The notes under the pieces were generated by a model, which made no database searches, was not told where the DNA came from, and was given only the letters and a program-made list of their open reading frames with translations. Of a stretch of 64,000 nucleotides of DNA, positions 1 through 7,968 are shown piece by piece; the stretch's first letter is position 1, and each line of letters opens with the position of its first letter. Location of the stretch: positions 17,292 to 81,291 of the forward strand of contig CAYOFG010000004.1 of the NCBI GenBank assembly GCA_964403285.1. Direction: 5' to 3'. The position numbers were made by a program, and so were the translations under genes. Source of the DNA: an uncultured Clostridia bacterium. Its GTDB lineage: Bacteria > UBA6262 > WVXT01.

Positions 1-2
1 AG

Positions 3-1724
3 GAAGAGAAGAGTAGAATAGAAGTAGAGCTTAAGAAGAGGATAGAGGAATTTGAAATTGAGAGGGCAAAGAGAGAAGAAGAGGTAAATGTCTTAAGGCA
101 AGGTCTGGAAAGGGAATTAAGAGAAATAAGGGATAAGCTGGAAGAGGAGAAGAGAGTCTCTTCTCAGAAGATGGAAGAGAAAGAGAGGGAGCTTAAGGCT
201 AAACAGGAAGAACTTACCTCCAGACTCCAGGATTTGGAAAGGGAACTGGAAAAAGAGAAACAGATTGTAGAGAAGAGTTTAGAGAATAACAAGGATGTAA
301 GAGCAAAAACTGAAGAGGAATTGAAAATAGAAGAAGAGAAAATGGAAGAGTTAGAGAAGAGACTCTTGGAGGAAAAGAAAATGCGAGAGAAAGAATTTAT
401 AAGTCGAGAAGATGAGGACAAAATATTAAAAATGGGATTTCAACATAAAGAGCAGGAATTTGAAGAAGAAAGTAGAAAGTTGAAAGAGAGAATAGAGAGA
501 TTAAGGGAATATCTTGAAGATAGATTAAACGAACTGAATCGTAAATTAGAGGGGCAAAAATACATACCGTCTAGAGAAACTTCTCCCGGGGGGGACCTAT
601 TGAGGGATGAATTTCAGAGGAGAGAGAAAGAACTGACAGCATTGGAAAGAGAACTGGCAAGGCAAAGGGACTTGGTGGGCTCATTTGGGGAGCTGTTAGC
701 TCAGAAAGAGATGGAACTCAAATATGAGCGGGAAAAGAGGGGGAAGGAAATAGACCAGATAAGAGAAGAGATGGGGAAAATAGTTAGAAACTTGGAGATG
801 GGACTACGGGAAGAAATGGAAAAGCTTGAGGGACGAATCCCTGAAGTGGAGAAGAAGGAGCTAGAGGAAGTTATAAAAGCCAAGGAAGAAGAGATAGAAA
901 GGAGAGAAGCGAAACTCAAGGAACTCTATGAGGAGAGGGAGAGGGAAATTCAAACAATAAAGGAAAAGATGGACAGAGAATTACAAAATCAGAAGTTTGA
1001 GTGGGAAGAAAGACTGAAGATAAAAGAAGAAGAGAATAGAGAGATAAAACAAAAAATTAGAGAGATGCAAGAAGAGCTTCAAACCGAGGTAGAAGAGAAG
1101 AGGAAACAGGCAGAGGAAGCAAATGTAGAACTGGAAGAGAAAATAAAAGAGATGGAAAAGAAGTTAGCTACAGGGGCAAGGATAGACGAAGAGAAATTCA
1201 GAGAAAAAGAAGAAGAGATAGAAGAATTAAGGATGGAAGCAACTCAAAGAGAACAACAGTTGAAAGCCGCTTATAGAGAAGGCCAGGAGAAGATAGACAG
1301 GACAAGAAAAGAATTAGAAAGAAAGGAAGAAGAAATAGGCTCACTTAAAGAAAGAATGGCAGAAATGGAAATAGACTTCAATGAAGAATTACAAAAAGAA
1401 GAAAGTAAATCTTTGGATAAGGAAGAAATGCTTAGAAATAAAGAAAAAGAAATAGAAAAGATAAAAGCTAAAATAAGAGAAAAGGAAATGGCGCTTGCAG
1501 AAGACTTGGGTGAGAAGGAGAGAAAGATAAAAAGGTTAGAGGCAGAATTAACTAAGGAAAAGGAAGCAACGCAGGTGCTCGCTGAAATTGCAGAGAAACA
1601 GGCACGACTTAGGGCTGAAGAAAAAAGAAGAGAGGAAGAACTTGAAACTCGCTTAGCTGAAGCTAAACGGGGTATTCTGAAAAAATTCTGGCAATGGCTG
1701 AATAAGCCGGTAAACGGTGAATAA
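3..1724 (+). CDS. Long E/K/R-rich coiled-coil protein, 5'-truncated by the window edge
   Basis: The frame of ORF 171..1724 is open back to position 3 (EEKSRIEVELKKRIEE...). Heptad-like low-complexity sequence ending in GILKKFWQWLNKP. Confidence 0.8.
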   Translation, partial: EEKSRIEVELKKRIEEFEIERAKREEEVNVLRQGLERELREIRDKLEEEKRVSSQKMEEKERELKAKQEELTSRLQDLERELEKEKQIVEKSLENNKDVRAKTEEELKIEEEKMEELEKRLLEEKKMREKEFISREDEDKILKMGFQHKEQEFEEESRKLKERIERLREYLEDRLNELNRKLEGQKYIPSRETSPGGDLLRDEFQRREKELTALERELARQRDLVGSFGELLAQKEMELKYEREKRGKEIDQIREEMGKIVRNLEMGLREEMEKLEGRIPEVEKKELEEVIKAKEEEIERREAKLKELYEEREREIQTIKEKMDRELQNQKFEWEERLKIKEEENREIKQKIREMQEELQTEVEEKRKQAEEANVELEEKIKEMEKKLATGARIDEEKFREKEEEIEELRMEATQREQQLKAAYREGQEKIDRTRKELERKEEEIGSLKERMAEMEIDFNEELQKEESKSLDKEEMLRNKEKEIEKIKAKIREKEMALAEDLGEKERKIKRLEAELTKEKEATQVLAEIAEKQARLRAEEKRREEELETRLAEAKRGILKKFWQWLNKPVNGE

Positions 1725-1757
1725 ATGGCAATTTTGTAGATACTATCTCAAGTGTGT

Positions 1758-1839
1758 TGTCATTGCGAACGGAGTGAAGCAATCTCGTAATTCGGTACGT
1801 ACGAGATTGCCACGCTCCTTTCAGTCGCTCGCAATGACA
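1758..1839. repeat. Palindromic repeat family A (RPE/REP-like), copy 1
   Basis: TGTCATTGCGA...GCAATCTCGT...ACGAGATTGC...TCGCAATGACA fold-back; related copies at 22818 and 51008. Confidence 0.85.
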
Positions 1840-1876
1840 TTTATGATGTGATTCCAAATTGTGAGGATTTTCTAAA

Positions 1877-2089
1877 ATGATTAAAGTGAGAAAGATAAAC
1901 GGAGAAGAAATGGTTATAAACGCCGAGCTGATTGAAACAGTGGAGGCCAGGCCGGATACGACTATCTCTATGGCTACAGGAAATAAGATAATAGTGAAAG
2001 ATACGGTTTCAGAAGTTATTGAAAAGGTTTTGGAATACCGGCGCTTGGTAAATCAAAAAGTACCAAGAAAAGAAATAAAAGATAAATAA
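1877..2089 (+). CDS. flbD: Flagellar FlbD family protein
   Basis: MIKVRKINGEEMVINAELIETVEARPDTTI matches the FlbD pattern and precedes motAB. Confidence 0.85.
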   Translation: MIKVRKINGEEMVINAELIETVEARPDTTISMATGNKIIVKDTVSEVIEKVLEYRRLVNQKVPRKEIKDK

Positions 2090-2117
2090 AGAGGGACAAA
2101 TTACAATAGGAGGAGAG

Positions 2118-2909
2118 ATGGATATTACCACTATTTTGGGAGTGGTAGGGGGAATTGGTTTAATTGTTATTGCCATCGTTATGAGAATGGGAGGGATGGG
2201 CCTTATAGGTTTCTTTGATGTCTCCTCAATGTTTATTACTTTTGGGGGTGCATTTGCTGCCACACTGGTAAATTATCCCATGAAGCAGGTCTTGGGAGTT
2301 TTCAAAATTGCCAAGAAGGTCTTAACAGAGAAGGAGGAAGATCCCGCTGAGTTAATTAACCAGTTCATAAATTTCACCAAGATAGCTCACAAGCAAGGGA
2401 TATTGGAACTGGAAAAAGAATTAGATAAGATCAATAATGATTTTCTAAAGAGGGGTGTGCAATTAGTTGTTGACGGCGCCGACCAGGAGAGAATCCGCAG
2501 TGAGCTGGAAACGGAGATAACATTTATTCGCGAGAGGCACTTCATAGGACAGGAGATTTTTGTAACTCTGGGCACTTACTGTCCTGCCTTTGGAATGATT
2601 GGAACAATTATAGGACTAATTATGATGCTTGCTCGTCTTGAAGACCAGAGCCAGATTGCTGCTGGTATGGCAGTAGCCCTCTTGACCACCTTTTACGGCG
2701 CTGTGGCAGGCTATCTTTTCTTTTTGCCCATTGCAGGGAAATTGAAACGTCGTAGTGAAGATGAGATATTTATTAAAGAAGTTATTATTAGAGGAGTTCT
2801 CTCCTTGCAGGCAGGAGAGATTCCCAGCGTTATGGAAGCTAAATTGAAAGCCTATCTGGCTCCACAATTGAGGAAAAGAACAGTCGAAGGGAAAAGATCA
2901 CACCCATAG
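2118..2909 (+). CDS. motA: Stator A subunit (MotA/PomA family)
   Basis: PAFGMIGT and MAVALLTTFYG motifs; hydrophobic TM segments. Confidence 0.9.
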   Translation: MDITTILGVVGGIGLIVIAIVMRMGGMGLIGFFDVSSMFITFGGAFAATLVNYPMKQVLGVFKIAKKVLTEKEEDPAELINQFINFTKIAHKQGILELEKELDKINNDFLKRGVQLVVDGADQERIRSELETEITFIRERHFIGQEIFVTLGTYCPAFGMIGTIIGLIMMLARLEDQSQIAAGMAVALLTTFYGAVAGYLFFLPIAGKLKRRSEDEIFIKEVIIRGVLSLQAGEIPSVMEAKLKAYLAPQLRKRTVEGKRSHP

Positions 2910-2947
2910 AAAAAAAGCTATCTGACTTATTCTTAAGGAGAGAAATA

Positions 2948-3601
2948 ATGGCTTTTCTGCCAGGTGTTCCCAGGCAAGTGAATAAAGAAATACAGATAGG
3001 AAAGCCGACACCTGCATGGATGTTGACTTATGCGGATATGATAACCCAGCTTTTGATATTTTTCGTTATGATGTTCGCTTTAGCCAGCGCTATGAACGAA
3101 ATGCAGCTGATAGAGTTAAAGAAGAAGCTGGAAGCGTACGTAACGGGACAACAGTTGGGAAACTATATCGGTTTAACAATTAATGAGAAAGGATTAGTTG
3201 TTTCTCTACGTGAAAAATTGATGTTCGATAGTGGAAGAGCCGAAATTCACCAAGAAGCGAAAGACATCCTAAAAGACATTACTATAGAGATTGGCGATGT
3301 GCCAAATAATACCCGGATTGAAGGGCACACCGATAACGTTCCCATTGGCCCGGAACTGAAGAGCACATTTCCTACTAATTGGGAACTGTCCACAGCCAGG
3401 GCTACAAATGTGACTCGCTATCTACTGGAGACACTAAATTTTCCTCCCCAACGCATATCCTCTGCAGGATACGGAGAATATCATCCGGTTGTGGATAATG
3501 ATACTGAAGAACACAAGGCAATGAATCGAAGAGTAGATATTGTGGTGCAGAGGATTGGCACCAGGCTTAAGCCTAGAGAAGGCGTTAAGAAAATTTTTTA
3601 G
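2948..3601 (+). CDS. motB: Stator B subunit (MotB/PomB, OmpA-like PG-binding domain)
   Basis: WMLTYADM TM with conserved Asp; IEGHTDN, NWELSTARA and NRRVDI motifs. Confidence 0.9.
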   Translation: MAFLPGVPRQVNKEIQIGKPTPAWMLTYADMITQLLIFFVMMFALASAMNEMQLIELKKKLEAYVTGQQLGNYIGLTINEKGLVVSLREKLMFDSGRAEIHQEAKDILKDITIEIGDVPNNTRIEGHTDNVPIGPELKSTFPTNWELSTARATNVTRYLLETLNFPPQRISSAGYGEYHPVVDNDTEEHKAMNRRVDIVVQRIGTRLKPREGVKKIF

Positions 3602-3607
3602 AAAGCA

Positions 3608-3640
3608 AACCTCCCCAGAACCTCCCCAGAATCTCCCAAA
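3608..3640. repeat. Three-unit 11-bp tandem repeat
   Basis: AACCTCCCCAG AACCTCCCCAG AATCTCCCAAA. Confidence 0.7.
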
Positions 3641-3672
3641 GTTCTTAAGAATAACATTTTTCTAAAAAAGAG

Positions 3673-3701
3673 TTGACAAAAAAGCTTTTTTTTGCTAATT
3701 T
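3673..3701 (+). promoter_or_regulatory. Sigma70-type promoter
   Basis: TTGACA-17 bp-TAATTT with extended -10 TG. Confidence 0.6.
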
Positions 3702-3765
3702 TCTATAAAGCTTCGCAGACCTGGGGGAGTCGACAGGATAAGGTCTGCGTCAGAGGGGGTAAGAG

Positions 3766-3942
3766 ATGAAAACATTGATTACTCTGGCAATCATTGTGAG
3801 CTTGGGTAGCTTGGTTTTGGGAGTTGTTGCCAGGCTTGGTCTAGGGTCAATAGTGGTAGCACCCCGCACCTTCCTATTCTTTGCAGGCTATTGCCTGGGT
3901 TTGGCGATAGCGCTTGAGCTTTATCCTGCAAAAAAAGAATAG
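3766..3942 (+). CDS. Small 58-aa two-TM membrane protein (below ORF-track cutoff)
   Basis: ATG 3766 to TAG 3942: MKTLITLAIIVSLGSLVLGVVARLGLGSIVVAPRTFLFFAGYCLGLAIALELYPAKKE; SD GAGGGGG and an upstream promoter. Confidence 0.7.
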   Translation: MKTLITLAIIVSLGSLVLGVVARLGLGSIVVAPRTFLFFAGYCLGLAIALELYPAKKE

Positions 3943-4073
3943 AAAGCAATTTAACATCTTTTGATAGTTTGTCAATTTTTTGGTCTAAACAGACCCCCCA
4001 TCCAGAAAGTTTTTAAATAGAGGGTTTAGTTTCTTTTTGGATGGGGGCGGTTTTTTCGGGAATGGTGGATACA

Positions 4074-4517
4074 GTGAAGACTTTTGTACCAAAAAGGGAA
4101 AATCTTGAGAAGAAATGGTATTTAATTGATGCCTCTGACCTGGTCTTGGGGAGATTGGCAACAAAAGTAGCAGAGTTATTGAGGGGCAAGGGCAAGCCGA
4201 TTTTCTCTCCCCATATGGATACAGGTGATTATGTGATTATCATTAATGCAGGAAAGGTTTTATTAACGGGAAAAAAATTGCAACAGAAATTTCATTTTAC
4301 CCATTCCGGCTATCCGGGCGGGGCTAAGTTTACCCGATACGACAAATTGCTGGCAGAAAACCCGGAAAAGGCAATTAGGTTAGCGGTCAAAGGAATGTTA
4401 CCGCCAAACAAACTCGCTGACAAATTGATTACTAAATTGAAAATATATAGAACCAGAGAACATCCCCATGGAGCGCAAAAACCTCAGATAATAGAAATTG
4501 AAAGGAAAGCTCATTAA
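4074..4517 (+). CDS. rplM: 50S ribosomal protein L13 (probable GTG start 4074; ORF open from 4041)
   Basis: [33 protein letters not shown] and KGMLP motifs. Confidence 0.97.
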   Translation: MKTFVPKRENLEKKWYLIDASDLVLGRLATKVAELLRGKGKPIFSPHMDTGDYVIIINAGKVLLTGKKLQQKFHFTHSGYPGGAKFTRYDKLLAENPEKAIRLAVKGMLPPNKLADKLITKLKIYRTREHPHGAQKPQIIEIERKAH

Positions 4518-4549
4518 ATTTTTGTTTTGTAAGTAAGTGGAGAAACTGT

Positions 4550-4948
4550 ATGGCTAAAGTGACAGAGTTTTGGGGCGTGGGCAGAAGAAAAACAGCTATT
4601 GCCAGGGTTATATTGAAATCCGGTAATGGAAAAGTCGTAATTAATAAATTGTCTCTGGATGAATACTTTTCTGGTTTACCTGGTCTAAGGGTATTCAGTA
4701 TGGAACCTCTAAAAGTGACCAATTTGCTAAACAAATTCGATATTTCAGCAAATGTTTCTGGTGGAGGTAAGAACGGTCAGGCGGGAGCAATAAGACATGG
4801 AATTTCCCGTGCCCTGGCTAAGATAGACGAGCAGACAAGACTCACTTTGAGAAAAGAGGGATTGTTGACGCGCGATCCCCGTATGGTCGAGCGGAAAAAA
4901 CCGGGACAGCCAAAAGCAAGAAAAAGATTCCAATTCTCCAAGAGATAA
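4550..4948 (+). CDS. rpsI: 30S ribosomal protein S9
   Basis: [36 protein letters not shown] and RFQFSKR motifs. Confidence 0.97.
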   Translation: MAKVTEFWGVGRRKTAIARVILKSGNGKVVINKLSLDEYFSGLPGLRVFSMEPLKVTNLLNKFDISANVSGGGKNGQAGAIRHGISRALAKIDEQTRLTLRKEGLLTRDPRMVERKKPGQPKARKRFQFSKR

Positions 4949-4974
4949 GTTGGTTTTGTAAGGATGAGCGTAAA

Positions 4975-5071
4975 CCCCGTTAGAGAGTTTGCAAGAGCTT
5001 TTAATCCCTTCCCAGACTAAACGTACTTTTTCATTTCTGCCCCATTGGACGGAGTCTCTTTTCTAACGGGG
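4975..5071. mobile_element. MITE-like element family B, copy 1 (97 bp)
   Basis: TIR CCCCGTTAGA/TCTAACGGGG flanked by a TAAA direct repeat (4971-4974, 5072-5075). Confidence 0.75.
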
Positions 5072-5078
5072 TAAATTT

Positions 5079-5115
5079 GCGGAAGCAAGCGATTTACTGC
5101 TTCCGCTTTTTTTTT
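5079..5115 (+). terminator. Intrinsic terminator of rplM-rpsI
   Basis: GCGGAAGCA/TGCTTCCGC 9-bp stem followed by a T9 run. Confidence 0.85.
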
Positions 5116-5175
5116 GAAAGAAGCAGGAGAGTTTTTCACGCTAACCTTAGGGAAAAATCGAACTACCCGGTAATG

Positions 5176-5238
5176 GTAGGGGCTCAATTTATTGAGCCCG
5201 TTTTACCAACCGGGATTCCGATGAATCGGAACCCCTAC
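5176..5238. repeat. GTAG-type REP doublet (family C)
   Basis: GTAGGGGCTCAATTTATTGAGCCC...GGGATTCCGATGAATCGGAACCCCTAC; inverse relative at 61171. Confidence 0.8.
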
Positions 5239-5250
5239 AGGAAATATGAT

Positions 5251-5279
5251 TTGACAAATTCGGATAATTAGAATATAAT
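5251..5279 (+). promoter_or_regulatory. Consensus sigma70 promoter for sppA
   Basis: TTGACA-17 bp-TATAAT. Confidence 0.85.
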
Positions 5280-5312
5280 TTAAAAAAATTAAGATAACAT
5301 AGGAGAAGAAAT

Positions 5313-6239
5313 ATGAAAAGGGAAAATCTAATTATAGCAACTATTCTTTTCTTATGTATTTTTTCAATTGTAATGGGTATATATCTTATTGTAGAAAGAG
5401 CCGTTGTGGGAAAAGCGCGGATTTTTACTGGGAAAAAGGGAGTAGCGGTCGTTTATCTCTATGGCCCGCTGTCTGTCTCCCAGCGTGCATCGGGATGGGC
5501 TCGCTTTTTGCCTGGAGCCGATAGCGTAACCAGTGAGTTGAGAAAGATAGGTGAGATTGAAACCATAAAAGCGGTAGTCTTAAGAATTAACAGTCCCGGC
5601 GGAAGCATCGGCGCGGTTCAGGAAATTTATGAGGAAGTAAATAGGCTGAAAGAGAAAGGGAAAAAAGTTGTTGTCTCTATGGGTGATGTGGGCGCCTCCG
5701 GGGCATACTATATTGCTTGTGCTGCAGACAAGATTGTAGCCAATGCGGGAACGGTTACAGGAAGTATAGGGGTACTGATGAGTCTTGGTAATATGGAGGA
5801 GTTGTTTCGTAAGATAGGAATTAAAGTTGAGGTTATTAAAAGAGGAAAACACAAAGACATCGGTTCTCTGTCCCGGGAAATGACACCGGAAGAGAGAAAG
5901 CTCCTTCAGGGACTGATAGATGATGCCTACGACCAATTTCTCCAGGCAGTAATTGAGGGCAGGAATCTTAAGAAGGGGGAGGCAGAGAAGATTGCTCAAG
6001 GGCAGGTGTTTACGGGACGGCAAGCAAAGAATTTGGGGCTAATAGATGAGATTGGCAATTTTCAGGATGCTGTAAGACTTGCAGGTAAACTTGCAGGCAT
6101 TCCCGGCGAGCCCAGGGTCATTGAGTTACCCAGGCCGTTTCCCAGAATTCTTGGTATTTTTTCCAGTCACTTTGGGACGAATACTATAGAAGATTTAATA
6201 AAGGAAGATTCCGTAAGATTAGAATATATCCTCCAGTAG
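5313..6239 (+). CDS. sppA: Signal peptide peptidase SppA (short S49 type)
   Basis: LRINSPGGS, GASGAYYIA and GTVTGSIGV motifs; N-terminal TM. Confidence 0.93.
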   Translation: MKRENLIIATILFLCIFSIVMGIYLIVERAVVGKARIFTGKKGVAVVYLYGPLSVSQRASGWARFLPGADSVTSELRKIGEIETIKAVVLRINSPGGSIGAVQEIYEEVNRLKEKGKKVVVSMGDVGASGAYYIACAADKIVANAGTVTGSIGVLMSLGNMEELFRKIGIKVEVIKRGKHKDIGSLSREMTPEERKLLQGLIDDAYDQFLQAVIEGRNLKKGEAEKIAQGQVFTGRQAKNLGLIDEIGNFQDAVRLAGKLAGIPGEPRVIELPRPFPRILGIFSSHFGTNTIEDLIKEDSVRLEYILQ

Positions 6240-6259
6240 ACTCCCATTCCGAGAGAACT

Positions 6260-6844
6260 ATGGAAAACAACTATTTAGCACTCCTTTACGATTTAATCGC
6301 CCGTCCAGGAAGAGGGCTTGGTCGAGCCAGAGAGGAGAGACCATGGATTTTTCTGGTAGCGGTTGTTATTCTTTCAGTAATTAGTATTGCTACCGGAACC
6401 ACTCTATTCGTTTCCAGCTTCACGGGAGTAAGGATGGTCGCCTTATTTTCCAGTCTCTTTCTGGTTACGGTTCTCCTCACTCTCTTCTGGGTAGTTAATG
6501 TGGGAATTCTTCATTTCTTTGCTGAAGTGTGGGGGAAAAGGGGCAACATAATAGACCTCTTCATTACTTTAGGATTGGCAATGTTTCCTTCTATTTTTGT
6601 TAGTCCACTGTCTTTGTTAGGAGAAGGATTGGGTGGAGGGAGAATCTTCTTTCAGTCGTTTTTTACCGTTGTTCTCCTTTTGTGGTGTTTTCTCCTCACC
6701 CTGTCTGCCATTAAGGAAGTCTATTCTTCTGCCACTTTTGAAGCGCTGTTGATACTTTTGACACCAGTTGTCCTGTTTATGGTACTTTCTATACTTCTCC
6801 CTCTGGGTTGTATTCTTTTAGCCATGCTTTCTCTTCCTTTATGA
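6260..6844 (+). CDS. Yip1-like multi-pass membrane protein
   Basis: About five hydrophobic segments and N-terminal LIARPGRG; resembles bacterial Yip1 proteins. Confidence 0.6.
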   Translation: MENNYLALLYDLIARPGRGLGRAREERPWIFLVAVVILSVISIATGTTLFVSSFTGVRMVALFSSLFLVTVLLTLFWVVNVGILHFFAEVWGKRGNIIDLFITLGLAMFPSIFVSPLSLLGEGLGGGRIFFQSFFTVVLLLWCFLLTLSAIKEVYSSATFEALLILLTPVVLFMVLSILLPLGCILLAMLSLPL

Positions 6845-6917
6845 AGAGAAAGACTTTCCAATCTTACATTTGAATTAAGCGACAAATAGGTACTTTTTAA
6901 GAATTGGAGGAAGTTCA

Positions 6918-7940
6918 ATGATAACAGTCAGCATTGTGGGAGCCAGTGGTTATGCGGGAAGGGAATTAATAAAGATTCTCCTTGATCATCCCCAGGTGAA
7001 AATTGCTCACCTGACTTCTGAGACTTATAAGGGGAAGAGAATTTCAGAGTTGCATAAAGGCCGTGTCGGCTTTATAGATAAGAGATTTGAGAAACTAGAT
7101 ATTGATAAAGTCGCCGAGGATTCAGACCTTATCTTTCTTGCCCTTCCTCACGGTAAATGTCAGAAACCGGTAGCAGAATTTTTGAAAAAAGGGAAGAAAG
7201 TTATAGACCTTTCAGCCGACTATAGATTGAGGAACAAATCCCTGTATAAGAAATGGTACGGGCTGGAACATTCTTATCCCCGGCTTCTGCAAAGAGCGGT
7301 TTATGGATTACCAGAAATTTATAAAGAAGATATAAAGAAATCCTATCTCGTAGCCAATCCGGGTTGCTATCCCACGGGAATAATTTTAGGGGTGGCTCCA
7401 CTTCTGGCTCATGGATTAGGCGACGGAAATTCCATAATTGCCGATGCTAAATCAGGAGTATCCGGCGCAGGCAGGAGATTGGATCTAGCCTATCATTTCA
7501 GTGAGTGCCACGAAAATCTCACTGCCTATAATGTAGGGAAACACCGACACATCCCCGAAATAGAACAGGAGCTGTCGAAGATTTCTAAAAAAAAGATAAC
7601 TATTTCCTTTACTCCCCATTTAGTTCCCATGGACCGTGGGATTCTATCCACAATCTATGTTAACTTAGAGGGGAAAGTTTCTCTCGATAGAGTAAGGAAT
7701 GTTTACAAGAAATACTATAGAAAAGCACCGTTTGTGAAGATTCTACCAAAAGCCACTTTTCCCGAAGTAAGGAACATCGTGGAGACAAATTTCTGTGAGA
7801 TAGGTCTTATGGTTGATAAACGCACCAGGCGAATAGTTATTATTACGGCGATAGACAATTTGGTTAAAGGTGCTTCGGGACAGGCTGTACAGAATATGAA
7901 CTTAATGTCTGGATTCAGGGAGACAGAAGCACTGCTTTGA
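6918..7940 (+). CDS. argC: N-acetyl-gamma-glutamyl-phosphate reductase
   Basis: GASGYAG, ANPGCYPT, SGVSGAGR and DNLVKGASGQAVQN motifs. Confidence 0.97.
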   Translation: MITVSIVGASGYAGRELIKILLDHPQVKIAHLTSETYKGKRISELHKGRVGFIDKRFEKLDIDKVAEDSDLIFLALPHGKCQKPVAEFLKKGKKVIDLSADYRLRNKSLYKKWYGLEHSYPRLLQRAVYGLPEIYKEDIKKSYLVANPGCYPTGIILGVAPLLAHGLGDGNSIIADAKSGVSGAGRRLDLAYHFSECHENLTAYNVGKHRHIPEIEQELSKISKKKITISFTPHLVPMDRGILSTIYVNLEGKVSLDRVRNVYKKYYRKAPFVKILPKATFPEVRNIVETNFCEIGLMVDKRTRRIVIITAIDNLVKGASGQAVQNMNLMSGFRETEALL

Positions 7941-7968
7941 AGATTCTAATTTAGGTCTTAATTCTGTT

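Noticed and set aside
2118-3601. MotAB pair as a Zorya-like defence system
   Set aside because: MotA has no long ZorA tail, no zorC/D/E genes are adjacent, and flbD points to a stator.
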